Positions 44,816 to 53,756 of a stretch of DNA of 64,000 nt are shown here, piece after piece. Position numbers and translations under genes: made by a program. The notes below the pieces were generated by a model that had not been told where the DNA came from, did not search any database, and saw nothing but the letters and a program-made list of their open reading frames with translations. Each line of letters begins with the position of its first letter. The first letter of the stretch is position 1. Source of the stretch: an uncultured Oscillochloris sp. (GTDB lineage Bacteria > Chloroflexota > Chloroflexia > Chloroflexales > Chloroflexaceae); assembly GCA_964555675.1 (NCBI GenBank), contig CAZKTU010000006.1:993-64992 (forward strand), given 5' to 3'.

Positions 44816-45997
44816 TTATGTGAGGGCGGCGAGTGTATGCAGCGCGATCATGCGCTCCTCGTCGGTCGGGATGACGTAGGCGGCGACCTTACTGCCTGGG
44901 GCGCTGATGCGCGGGCCGTGCTGCTCGTTGGCGGTCGGGTCCAGCTCGAGGCCGAGCCAGGCCAGGCCGCGGCAGACGCGTTCGCGGACGCCCCTGGCGT
45001 TCTCGCCGATGCCCGCGGTGAAGACCAGGCCGTCGATGCCGCCCATCGAGGCGGCGAGGGCGCCGACCTCGCGCACGATCCTGAAGACGAAGTAGTCGAT
45101 CGCCTCGGCGGCCCGCGGGTCATCGCTGGCCTCGAGGTTGCGCATATCGTTGCTGATGCCCGAGATACCCAGCAGGCCCGAGCGCTTGTAGAGCAACTCC
45201 TCGATCTGCTTGGCGCCCATGCCCTTCTCTTGCATCAGGTAGAGCAGCACGCCGGGGTCGATCTGCCCCGAGCGGGTGCCCATGGGCAGGCCGTCGAGGG
45301 CGGTGAAGCCCATGGTGCTGTCGACGCTGCGCCCGCCGCTGATCGCGCACATGCTGGCCCCGTTGCCTAGATGGGCGACCACGACCTTCCCGGCCGCAAT
45401 CTCGGGGGCCGCGCTCTGCATCGCCCGGGCGATATACTCGTACGAGAGGCCGTGGAAGCCGTAGCGGCGCACGCCCTCGGCGTAGAACTCGCCGGGCAGC
45501 CCGTAGATGTCGGCGACGCGGGGGTGGCTGCGGTGGAAGGCGGTGTCGAAGCAGGCCACATTAGGCACGCCGGCCAGGAAGTCCATGGTGGCGCCGATGC
45601 CGGCCAGGTTCGCGGGCTGGTGCAGGGGCGCGAGGGTGACGAAGGCCTCGAGGTCGCGCAGCACGGTATCATCGATCACGGTCGGGGCGCTGTACTTCGG
45701 GCCGCCGTGGACCACCCGGTGTCCGACCCCGATCAGCCCCGCCTCGGGCAGTTGCGGGTCGAGCCAGGCGGCCAGCTGCTCGAGGGCGTAGGCGTGGCCC
45801 TTGCCGAGGGGCGGGTCCTCCCAGGCGGCCTCGTGGACGACCTCGTCGGCGCCGTCCTTGACCTTGAAGCGCGGCCTGGTGCCGATGCCCTCGATCTGCC
45901 CGCTGAAGCGTACCTGCAGCTCGCCACCCGCCTGATCGAAGACCGTAAACTTGATGCTGGACGACCCGGCGTTCAGCACAAGGATCGTTTTGCTCAC
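44816..45997 (-). CDS. ackA: Acetate kinase
   Basis: ILVLNAGSSSIKF, GHRVVHGG and FTAGIGEN motifs. GTG start with AAGGAG upstream. Confidence 0.92.
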   Translation of the reverse strand: MSKTILVLNAGSSSIKFTVFDQAGGELQVRFSGQIEGIGTRPRFKVKDGADEVVHEAAWEDPPLGKGHAYALEQLAAWLDPQLPEAGLIGVGHRVVHGGPKYSAPTVIDDTVLRDLEAFVTLAPLHQPANLAGIGATMDFLAGVPNVACFDTAFHRSHPRVADIYGLPGEFYAEGVRRYGFHGLSYEYIARAMQSAAPEIAAGKVVVAHLGNGASMCAISGGRSVDSTMGFTALDGLPMGTRSGQIDPGVLLYLMQEKGMGAKQIEELLYKRSGLLGISGISNDMRNLEASDDPRAAEAIDYFVFRIVREVGALAASMGGIDGLVFTAGIGENARGVRERVCRGLAWLGLELDPTANEQHGPRISAPGSKVAAYVIPTDEERMIALHTLAALT

Positions 45998-46008
45998 AGG
46001 GACGCTCC

Positions 46009-46986
46009 TTAGGCTGTTGTCACCAGCTTGGCGCGGCGCGCGTGGACGAGCAGGGTGGCGACCGCGCAGGAGGCCAGGCGGGCGCGCACGCTGTCGGCGC
46101 GGCTGGTCAGGATGATCGGCACGCGGGCGCCCAGCACGATCCCGGCCGCCTCGGCGCGGGCCAGGAAGGTCAGCTGCTTGGCCAGGATGTTGCCGGCCTC
46201 GAGGTCGGGCACCAGGAGGATGTCGGCCTGCCCGGCGACGGGCGAGACGATCTTCTTGGTCCGGGCGGCCTCCATGCTGATCGCGTTGTCGAGCGCCAGG
46301 GGGCCGTCGAGCAGGCCGCCGGTGATCTGCCCGCGGTCCGCCATTTTGCAGAGGGCCGCGGCCTCAATCGTCGAAGGGATCTCGGGGGTGACTGTCTCGA
46401 CCGCCGAGAGAATGGCCACTTTGGGCTGCTTAATGCGCAGGACCTGGGCCAAATCGATCGCGTTCTGGCAGATATCGGCCTTGGCCTTCAGGTCGGGTGC
46501 GATGTTGACGGCGCCGTCGGTCACGATCAACGGCTTGGGGTAGGTCGGCACGTCCATAATGAAGCAGTGGCTGATGCGCCTGTTGGTGCGCAGGCCGGTC
46601 ACCTTGTTGACCACCTCGGCCAGCAGCTCGTCGGTGTGCAGGCTGCCCTTCATCAGGGCCTCGGCCTCGCCCTGCCGCACCAACTCGACCGACCTGGCCG
46701 CCGCGGCATGGCTGTGCTCGACGTCGATGATCTGGTAGGGCGTCAGGTCGATGCCCTCCTTCTCGGCCACGGCGCGGATGCGCTGCTGCGGGCCGACCAG
46801 GATGGGCGTGATCAGGCCGGCCTTGGCCGCATCGATCGCGCCGGTGAGCGAAACATCGTCACAGGGGTGGACCACGGCCACCCTGATCGGCTCGAGGGCT
46901 TTGCAGGCCTCGAGTAGCATCTCGTAGCCGTTGAAGGCGTTCTCGTCCGAGGCAGTGCCGTCCCGTTTGTCGCCGCTCGTTACCAT
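46009..46986 (-). CDS. pta: Phosphate acetyl/butyryl-transferase (short PTA_PTB type)
   Basis: PTA_PTB-like sequence (IRVAVVHPCD, LMKGSLHTDELL, AILSAVE, ADILLVPDLEAGN). I prefer the ATG at 46986 (GGAGGAG 7 nt upstream). It lies 11 nt upstream of ackA. Confidence 0.85.
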   Translation of the reverse strand: MVTSGDKRDGTASDENAFNGYEMLLEACKALEPIRVAVVHPCDDVSLTGAIDAAKAGLITPILVGPQQRIRAVAEKEGIDLTPYQIIDVEHSHAAAARSVELVRQGEAEALMKGSLHTDELLAEVVNKVTGLRTNRRISHCFIMDVPTYPKPLIVTDGAVNIAPDLKAKADICQNAIDLAQVLRIKQPKVAILSAVETVTPEIPSTIEAAALCKMADRGQITGGLLDGPLALDNAISMEAARTKKIVSPVAGQADILLVPDLEAGNILAKQLTFLARAEAAGIVLGARVPIILTSRADSVRARLASCAVATLLVHARRAKLVTTA

Positions 46987-47191
46987 GATCGTACTCCTCC
47001 TCGCCTCTCCGCTGCTCACACGGGGCGGCCTGGCCGCGTTGGGTCAGTGTCGGTGCGTGATGCGCGCCACTCTGGCGCACACTATTGTGGGCCCCTAGGT
47101 GGTGACTGTCAAGGCGCGAAGCCGGTCACCATGGCGCAACCATTTCAGCTACAATTGGCCCCTGGAGGCTTGATGCAAGGAGGCACGCCTG

Positions 47192-48583
47192 ATGCAGATT
47201 ACGCTCTTCGGCGCCGCCGGCGAGGTGACAGGGTCGGCCTATCTCGTCACGACGGCCCAGGCCCGGGTCCTGATCGACTTCGGGATGTTCCAGGGGGGCC
47301 GTGACGACGACGAGCGCAATGTGGTGCCGCGCGGCCTCGCCCCCCGGGATCTCGATGCCGTCGTTCTGACCCACGCCCATATCGACCATACCGGCCGCCT
47401 GCCCCTCTTGACCAGGGCTGGCTACAGCGGCCCGATCTACGGCACTCCGGCCACCCTCGAGACGGCCGCTCTGCTGTTGAAGGACTCGGCGGGGCTCCAG
47501 GCGGGCGATGTGCGCCACGCCAACAGGCGCCGCGAGCGGGCGGGTCTGCCCTTGCTCGAGCCCCCTTTCGACGAGGGCGACGTCGACGAGGTCATCAAGA
47601 GCTTCAAAGAGCTGCCATACGACGAGCCCGTGACCGTCGCCAGGGGCGTGCGCGTCCAGATGATCGAGGCTGGCCACGTCCTCGGGTCGGCCAGTATCAA
47701 GCTGACCGTGGAGGACGAGGGCCGCGAGAAGCGGGTAGTCTTCTCGGGCGACGTCGGCCCGGTCGGCGCGGCCATCCTGCGCGACCCGGGCCAGGTCAGC
47801 GGGGCCGATCTGGTCTTCCTCGAGTCGACCTACGGCGACCGCGATCACAGGCCTATCGCCGAGACCGAGGCCGAACTCCGCGCTGCGGTCACGGTGGCCG
47901 TCGCGCAGGGCGGCAAGATTCTCATCCCCGCCTTCGCCGTCGGCCGGGCCCAGACCATCCTCTTCTACCTGGCCGAGCTGTTCGGCCAGGGCGCCGTGAA
48001 GCCGTTCCCGATCTACCTCGACAGCCCCCTCGCGATCAAGGCGACGGCGATCTATGCGCGCCACCCCGAGCTGGCCGACGAGGAGTGGGACGAGGAGCAC
48101 GAGCGGCGCAAACTGCGGCGCGACCTGGCCACGCTGACGATGTGCGAGACCAGCGACGAGTCGCGGGCGCTCAACGCTGTGCGCGGACCGTGCGCGATCA
48201 TCGCCGGCTCGGGCATGTGCACCGGCGGCCGCATCCTGCACCACCTGCGGCACAACCTCTGGCGGCGCGAGACGGCGGTGCTGATCGTGGGGTATCAGGG
48301 CGTCGGCACGCTGGGCCGCTCGCTGGTCGACGGCGCCGAGAGCGTCAGGATCTTCGGCGAGCCGATCGCCGTGCGGGCCTCGGTCTATACGATCAACGGG
48401 CTGAGCGCCCACGCCGGCCAGTCGGGCCTGCTGAGCTGGCTCACGCCGCTGGCCGCCGGGCGACCCCGCGTCGTGCTCACTCACGGCGAGGAGCAGGGGC
48501 GCACAGCTCTGGCGCGGCTGATCAAGGAGCGTCACGGGATAACCTGTGAGCTGCCGATGTTTGGCGAGACAATCTCGCTATAG
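47192..48583 (+). CDS. MBL-fold beta-CASP family hydrolase (RNA-metabolising metallo-beta-lactamase type)
   Basis: LTHAHIDHTGRLP (HxHxDH) motif, beta-CASP insert, and C-terminal SAHAG motif. AAGGAGG RBS. Confidence 0.85.
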   Translation: MQITLFGAAGEVTGSAYLVTTAQARVLIDFGMFQGGRDDDERNVVPRGLAPRDLDAVVLTHAHIDHTGRLPLLTRAGYSGPIYGTPATLETAALLLKDSAGLQAGDVRHANRRRERAGLPLLEPPFDEGDVDEVIKSFKELPYDEPVTVARGVRVQMIEAGHVLGSASIKLTVEDEGREKRVVFSGDVGPVGAAILRDPGQVSGADLVFLESTYGDRDHRPIAETEAELRAAVTVAVAQGGKILIPAFAVGRAQTILFYLAELFGQGAVKPFPIYLDSPLAIKATAIYARHPELADEEWDEEHERRKLRRDLATLTMCETSDESRALNAVRGPCAIIAGSGMCTGGRILHHLRHNLWRRETAVLIVGYQGVGTLGRSLVDGAESVRIFGEPIAVRASVYTINGLSAHAGQSGLLSWLTPLAAGRPRVVLTHGEEQGRTALARLIKERHGITCELPMFGETISL

Positions 48584-48617
48584 GACAAGCTTTCCTGGGT
48601 ACGCTCTCGGCAAGGGC

Positions 48618-48640
48618 GGAGGTGCAGGGCCTGGCCCTCC
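48618..48640. repeat. Possible diverged member of the GC stem-loop family
   Basis: GGAGGTGCAGGGCCTGGCCCTCC. The core AGGGCCTGGCCCTCC matches AGGGCTTGGCCCTCC at 13668. It lies in a convergent intergenic region. Confidence 0.35.
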
Positions 48641-48654
48641 ACGCCTCGCGCCGC

Positions 48655-49728
48655 TCAGCGGGACAGGGTTGGCGTAGGCCCCTGATTCTCGGGCACGAGG
48701 CCGAGCTCGGCGACCAGCTGCTCGAAGGCGGCGACGATACAGGGGTCGAAGTGGCGGCCGGCCTCCTGGCGGATCAGGGCAAGGGTTGAGGCCGGGGTCT
48801 CGGCCTTATGGTACGGGCGGTCGTGGGTAATGGCGTCCCAGACATCGATCACCGCGAAGATGCGCGCGGCGATCGGGATCTCCTCGCCCTTCAGGCCCTG
48901 CGGGTAGCCGCTGCCGTCCCACTTCTCGTGGTGGCAGTAGGGGATGTCGATCGCCTCGTTGAGGAAACGAATCGGCGCGAGCAGGTCGCGGGCGTAGAGG
49001 GTGTGGCGCTTCATCTCATCCCATTCGGCCGCGTCGAGCTTGCCCGGCTTGAGCAGGATGCGGTCGGGGATGCCGATTTTGCCGACGTCGTGCAGCAGCG
49101 CCCCGCGCCGGATCTGGATGAGCTGCTCGCCTGTGATCCCCAGGGTCTCGGCGAGGCGGACCGTCAGCTCGGTGACCCGTCGCGAGTGGCCCTCGGTCTC
49201 ATGGTCGCGCAGGTCGAGGGCCCTGGCCCAGCCCTCGAGGGTGCTATCGTAGGCCTGCTCGAGCTCGAGGGCGGCCTTCTCGAGGCGAGCCTGGTCTTCG
49301 AGCAGGCGCCGGTAGCGGTTGAGCCGGGTGATGGTCTTGACGCGGGCCCGCAGCTCGATGCGGTCGACCGGCTTGCTGAGAAAGTCGTCGGCGCCGGCCT
49401 CGATGCCGTGCAGGCGCGAGGCGCGGTCGTCGAGGGCGGTGATCATGACGACGGGCATCTCGGCGGTGCGCAGGGCTGCGCGCAGGCTGCGGCAGACCTC
49501 GTAGCCGTCCATGCCGGGCATCATGACGTCGAGCAGCACCAGATCCGGGAGGTGGGCGTGGGCGTAGACCAGAGCCTCAGGCCCGGTCTCGGCGATCAGG
49601 AGCCGATAGCCGCCGTCCTCGAGGGCTGCGGCGACGAGCTCGCGGCTGCTCAGGTCATCATCGACGATCAGGATAGTTGCTGGCATCGCCATTGGTTCCG
49701 GGTGTTGTACTGCGTAGGGGCCTGTCAT
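48655..49728 (-). CDS. Response regulator with HD-GYP (c-di-GMP phosphodiesterase-type) output domain
   Basis: REC domain (ILIVDDD...LLDVMMPGMDG). HD-GYP motifs LHDVGKIGIP and HHEKWDGSGYPQGL. The start could instead be the ATG at 49692. Confidence 0.88.
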   Translation of the reverse strand: MTGPYAVQHPEPMAMPATILIVDDDLSSRELVAAALEDGGYRLLIAETGPEALVYAHAHLPDLVLLDVMMPGMDGYEVCRSLRAALRTAEMPVVMITALDDRASRLHGIEAGADDFLSKPVDRIELRARVKTITRLNRYRRLLEDQARLEKAALELEQAYDSTLEGWARALDLRDHETEGHSRRVTELTVRLAETLGITGEQLIQIRRGALLHDVGKIGIPDRILLKPGKLDAAEWDEMKRHTLYARDLLAPIRFLNEAIDIPYCHHEKWDGSGYPQGLKGEEIPIAARIFAVIDVWDAITHDRPYHKAETPASTLALIRQEAGRHFDPCIVAAFEQLVAELGLVPENQGPTPTLSR

Positions 49729-49737
49729 GATTGCCCC

Positions 49738-50418
49738 TTATCCATTCAGCATCCCGTGGCGGAGTGCGTAGACGGCGGCCTGGGTGCGGTCCGAGACGTC
49801 GAGTTTGGCGATGATATGCTCGACGTGATTCTTGACGGTGCCCGGGCTGATCCGCAGCCTAGCGGCGATCTCGCGGTTGGTGCTGCCCTCGGTCACCAGC
49901 TGCAGGACCTCGCGCTCGCGGCTGGTCAGGGTCGCCCGGGGCTGCTGGGTGCGCGGGTTGTCGCCCGCCGCCCGGCGCAGCAGATCGGCGGCCTGGGCCC
50001 CGAAGAGCAGGGCCTCGCCGCTGAGCACGCGCCGCGCAGTTTCGAGGATCTGCTCGCGGCTGGCCTCTTTGAGCAAGTAGCCCGCTGCGCCGAGGCGCAG
50101 GGCCTCGACCACATACTCGGGGTCGGCGTGAAACGAGACGAGCAGGACGCTGGTGCGCGGGCAGGTGGCCTTGATCGCGCGGGTGGCTTCGAGGCCGTCC
50201 ATGTGGGGCATGCGTACATCGAGCACGGCCAGGTTCGGCTGAAGCTGGATGCACATGTCGACGGCGGCCCGGCCGTCGGCGGCCTCGGCGATGACCACCA
50301 TATCGCGTGTATCGTCGAAGACGGCCCGCAGGCCGGCCCGGGCGAGGTCGTGGTCGTCGGCAATCACGAGGCGGGCTGGCGGCGCGCTGCGCCCAAGAGG
50401 CCGGGGCACGGTGTTCAT
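49738..50418 (-). CDS. NarL/FixJ-type (LuxR HTH) response regulator
   Basis: REC domain (LVIADDH...VLDVRMPHMDG). LuxR HTH (LTSREREVLQLVTEGSTNREIAARLRISPGTVKNHV). ATGA overlap with the upstream kinase gene. Confidence 0.92.
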   Translation of the reverse strand: MNTVPRPLGRSAPPARLVIADDHDLARAGLRAVFDDTRDMVVIAEAADGRAAVDMCIQLQPNLAVLDVRMPHMDGLEATRAIKATCPRTSVLLVSFHADPEYVVEALRLGAAGYLLKEASREQILETARRVLSGEALLFGAQAADLLRRAAGDNPRTQQPRATLTSREREVLQLVTEGSTNREIAARLRISPGTVKNHVEHIIAKLDVSDRTQAAVYALRHGMLNG

Positions 50419-51812
50419 TGCTGGTCGTCCTTGGTGGATGGCGGCAGGGGAACCTCGGCGATGACCCTTGTCCCAGAGCCGGGGCCGCTGATGATCGTGA
50501 GCACGCCGCCAAGGATGGCAGCCCGCTCGTGCATGGCGCGAATGCCCAGGTGCCTACCCTCCAGGCCCGGCGCGGGCTGAGCGGGGAGGCCGGGGCCATC
50601 ATCTTCGACTACGAGGCGCAGGCCGGCGCCCTCGCTGCTGAGCTGGACGCGCGCCTGGCCCGTGCCGGCGTGCTTGCGCACATTGTGCAGGGCTTCCTGG
50701 GCGATACGAAAGAGGGCCGTCTCGATCGGGGCGGGGGGTCGCTCGTCGCCCAGGGCGGCCTGTAGCTCGACCTGAAGGCCGTCGGCGCGTAGGTCGGCGG
50801 CGTGCTGGCGGAGGGCCGCGACCAGGCCGAGGTCGTCGAGGGCCGCGGGCCGTAGTCCGGCGAGCAGGCGGCGCGTATCGCGCATGAGCCGCTGGGTGAG
50901 GTCGATAGCCCGGCTGAGGGCCGCCTGGGCCTGAGGCCGTCTGGGCCGAAAGTGGTGGCCCAGCTGCTCGAGTTGACGGTAGACGGCCGTGGCCGTCTGG
51001 GCGACGTCGTCGTGCAGGTCGAAGGCGAGCAGGCGGCGGTCCTCCTCGAGGAGTTCGGCGCGACGGCGGTCGCTCATGTCGCGCATGACCACCTGGAGGG
51101 CGGGCTCGCCGGCCCACTCGAACCAGCCGGCGTCGAGGGCGAGAGGCAGGCTGATTCCATCGGCACGAGCGAGGCCGGCGGCCAGGTGCGATGCGCTCAG
51201 GCGCTCGGATACCGCCTGGGCCAGCCACTCGGCGCAGCGGGCCTGGTCCTGGGCGATCAGCAGCGAGATCAGGGGCCTGCCGGTAAGGGCCTCGGGGCCA
51301 GGGGCGCCGGTGAGGGCGGCCATAGCCGGGTTGGCCAGCCGAATATCGCCCTGCTGGTCGACGATCAGCAGCCCGTTGGGCGAGAGGGTGAAGAGGCGCT
51401 CGTAGCGCAGTTGCTCGTCGTGGAGGAGCCTGTAGCGGTTCAGGCTCACGATGGTGCGGACGCGCAGGCGCAGCTCGATGCGGTCGAAGGGCTTCGAGAC
51501 AAAGTCGTCGCAGCCTGCAGCGATGCCGGCCAGGCGCGCGGCCCGGTCGTCAAGAGCGGTGACGAATACGACGGGCACCTGAGCCATGCGCTGATCGGCG
51601 CGCAACTCGCGGCAGACGGTCAGACCGTCGACGTCGGGCATCATCATATCGAGCAGGATCAGGTCGGGCATATGGCGGCGGGCCATGGCCAGGCCGGCGG
51701 CGCCACCGTTTGCGAGCAGCAGCTGGTAGCCCTCGCCCGAGAGCATATCGAAGAGGACCTCCCTCGAGGAGGCCAGATCATCGATAATCAAGACGGTGGC
51801 TGGACGTAACAT
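50415..51812 (-). CDS. Hybrid sensor: N-terminal receiver + PAS + HisKA_3/HATPase_c histidine kinase
   Basis: REC (VLIIDD...LLDMMMPDVDG). PAS-like segment (SPNGLLIVDQQGDIRLANPA). H-box FDLHDDVAQT. ATP lid VEDDGPGL. I prefer the ATG at 51812, because an extended -10 overlaps the longer ORF start at 51863. Confidence 0.85.
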   Translation of the reverse strand: MLRPATVLIIDDLASSREVLFDMLSGEGYQLLLANGGAAGLAMARRHMPDLILLDMMMPDVDGLTVCRELRADQRMAQVPVVFVTALDDRAARLAGIAAGCDDFVSKPFDRIELRLRVRTIVSLNRYRLLHDEQLRYERLFTLSPNGLLIVDQQGDIRLANPAMAALTGAPGPEALTGRPLISLLIAQDQARCAEWLAQAVSERLSASHLAAGLARADGISLPLALDAGWFEWAGEPALQVVMRDMSDRRRAELLEEDRRLLAFDLHDDVAQTATAVYRQLEQLGHHFRPRRPQAQAALSRAIDLTQRLMRDTRRLLAGLRPAALDDLGLVAALRQHAADLRADGLQVELQAALGDERPPAPIETALFRIAQEALHNVRKHAGTGQARVQLSSEGAGLRLVVEDDGPGLPAQPAPGLEGRHLGIRAMHERAAILGGVLTIISGPGSGTRVIAEVPLPPSTKDDQQ

Positions 51813-51861
51813 AAGTGTTACGGGGTAGGCAGCTGCCCTGTCGCTGAAGGCACGGATGACC

Positions 51862-51870
51862 ATTATAACA
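51862..51870 (-). promoter_or_regulatory. Extended -10 (TGtTATAAT on the minus strand) for the two-component operon
   Basis: The reverse complement of 51862-51870 reads TGTTATAAT, about 45 nt upstream of the preferred kinase start. Confidence 0.45.
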
Positions 51871-51970
51871 GCGTAGAGTACCGAAGTGCGTCACTGTGTC
51901 TATGCCGAACGACACATGTGAAAGTTCGGCCTGTAAACAATAAGTTGTCATACCTAAGCTATCTTGATCC

Positions 51971-51999
51971 TTGAATTGATGTATGGGCTCACGCATAAT
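51971..51999 (+). promoter_or_regulatory. Putative promoter of the copper-handling operon
   Basis: TTGAAT (51971-51976), 17-nt spacer, CATAAT (51994-51999). The next ATG (52007) is 7 nt after the -10, which implies a leaderless or near-leaderless mRNA. Confidence 0.5.
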
Positions 52000-52006
52000 C
52001 TCGACC

Positions 52007-52408
52007 ATGCCTCAGCAGAGCCTACAGTCTACTGGTCGTCTGCTTGTGCGCGTGGGCGCCCTCTGGAAGGGATGGCTCGCGGCGCTGCTACTGCTGAGTC
52101 TGCCCGGCGCAGTGCTGGTTTGCATCCTCCATTGTTCGCTTCCCAGACACGCGCACGCGCACGCCGGCCACGGGCCGGAGCTGTTCGTCTGCAGCCACGC
52201 GCACGGCGGTGCGGCCGAGCAACCTGCCCTCGAGCCGGGGGTGGTGCAGATGCTCATCCAGGGCCTGACGCGGGCCTTCGGCCTTGCGCTGCCAGGGCAG
52301 TTGCCATTACACCTGGCCGTTCTGGCCCTGGCCGTTCTGGCGGCCCGCCCCGCAGACGATCCCCTCGTGCCGCCGCCGCGGCTCCGGCTCGCCCGCATCG
52401 CCCACTAA
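52007..52408 (+). CDS. His/Cys-rich small membrane protein (hypothetical, putative metal-binding)
   Basis: 133 aa from MPQQSLQ. A TM helix is followed by CILHCSLPRHAHAHAGHGPELFVCSHAHGG and a second hydrophobic segment. It sits first in a copper-chaperone operon. No family assignment. Confidence 0.4.
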   Translation: MPQQSLQSTGRLLVRVGALWKGWLAALLLLSLPGAVLVCILHCSLPRHAHAHAGHGPELFVCSHAHGGAAEQPALEPGVVQMLIQGLTRAFGLALPGQLPLHLAVLALAVLAARPADDPLVPPPRLRLARIAH

Positions 52409-52533
52409 CTCCCGCTATACTGAGATCAGGCCCGTCAAGGCCTGCTTCCCGCCCTCACGGGCCAGCTGCTGGCCTGTGAGCCGATAGCTCTTGGCCTGAG
52501 ATGTGGCCATACGCCAAATTATGGAGAACTTCC

Positions 52534-53100
52534 ATGCGTCGCATGCTATCCATTGCCATGTCCTTGCTCGCCCTCTTCGCCCTGGCCGCCTGTGGGGGAA
52601 CGCCGGCCGGCACGACCACCGAGCAGGCCGCGCAGCCGGCCGCGCCTGCTGTGACCCTCGGCTCGCTGACCGTAACTGATCCCTGGGTGCGCCCGGTGAA
52701 CCCGGCCGCCCCGGCGCCGACGGCGATGCCCGACGCCACGCCCGCGGGCGATATGGCGATGGCCGCCACGGTCAATACCGCCAGCTACATGGTGATCAAT
52801 AATAGCGGGGCCGAGGCCGACGCCCTGATTGGCGCAACCGTATCCGCCGACCTGGTCGAGGTTGTCGAGCTGCACACGGTGGTCGAGGAGGGCGGCGTCA
52901 TGAAGATGAGCCCGGTCGAGAAGATCGAGGTTCCCGCCAATGGCGAGGTCATGCTCAAGCCGGGCAGCTTCCACGTCATGATGATCGGCGTCAAGCAGGA
53001 GCTGAAGCCGGGCGATCTGGTCAAGCTGAGCCTGACCTTCGAGAAGGCCGGGACGGTCGAGCTCGACGCGGTGGTTCGGCCGGCCAACCCGATGCCGTAA
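52534..53100 (+). CDS. Copper chaperone PCu(A)C (DUF461) lipoprotein
   Basis: Start MRRMLSIAMSLLALFALAACGG (lipobox) with GGAGAA RBS. Exact H-x10-M-x21-H-x-M copper motif (HTVVEEGGVMKM...GSFHVM). Confidence 0.87.
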   Translation: MRRMLSIAMSLLALFALAACGGTPAGTTTEQAAQPAAPAVTLGSLTVTDPWVRPVNPAAPAPTAMPDATPAGDMAMAATVNTASYMVINNSGAEADALIGATVSADLVEVVELHTVVEEGGVMKMSPVEKIEVPANGEVMLKPGSFHVMMIGVKQELKPGDLVKLSLTFEKAGTVELDAVVRPANPMP

Positions 53101-53153
53101 GCGCTGCCGCCGGCAGGCGCTCGACCGAACCAAACACTAGAAAGAGTCTCTCA

Positions 53154-53741
53154 ATGCGACGGATCGTTCCGGCCCTCGTGCTGGCCCTGGCGCTGCTCGC
53201 TCTGGCCGCCTGCGGTGGCCCGCCGCAGCTGAAGGGTACAGCCCTCGAGCCGGCGGAGCCCGCCCCGGACTTCACGCTGACGGACGAGCAGGGGCAGGCG
53301 TTCACGCTGAGCGCGCAGCAGGGCAAGGTGGTGGTGCTGTTCTTCGGCTTCACCTCGTGCCCTGACATCTGCCCGGCCGAGCTGTCGAATCTGGCCGCGG
53401 CCACCCGGCAGCTGGGCGACGCAGCCAAAGATGTGCAGGTGGCCCTGATCAGCCTCGACCCCGAGCGCGACACCAGCGAGCGCCTTGGGCAGTACGTCAG
53501 CGCGTTCGACCCGAGCTTCAAGGGGCTACGGGGGGATAAAGCGACGATCGACCCGATCGTGAAGGACTACGGGGTCTTCTACGAGAAGCGCGAGCTTCCC
53601 GGCTCGGCCCTCGGCTACACGGTCGACCACTCGGGCTTTGTCTATGTGATCGACAAGGCGGGGCGCTGGCGCGAGGTCCTGGCCCACGGAACCGCCGTCG
53701 CCGATATCGTCGCCGACCTGCGGGCCCTGGCCGGCGAGTGA
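53154..53741 (+). CDS. SCO1/SenC family copper-binding thioredoxin-fold lipoprotein
   Basis: Lipoprotein signal LALAACGG. FFGFTSCPDICP (CxxxC) and a downstream DHSG histidine. Confidence 0.9.
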   Translation: MRRIVPALVLALALLALAACGGPPQLKGTALEPAEPAPDFTLTDEQGQAFTLSAQQGKVVVLFFGFTSCPDICPAELSNLAAATRQLGDAAKDVQVALISLDPERDTSERLGQYVSAFDPSFKGLRGDKATIDPIVKDYGVFYEKRELPGSALGYTVDHSGFVYVIDKAGRWREVLAHGTAVADIVADLRALAGE

Positions 53742-53756
53742 GGATAGGGGGAGGTT

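Noticed and set aside
51964-52479. 171-aa plus-strand ORF and 128-aa minus-strand ORF (52012..52398) overlapping the His/Cys-rich ORF.
   Set aside because: Both have Arg/Ala/Pro-rich low-complexity products. The 52007 frame has TM segments and a metal-binding-like motif, and it starts right at the predicted TSS. Even that call is only moderate confidence.
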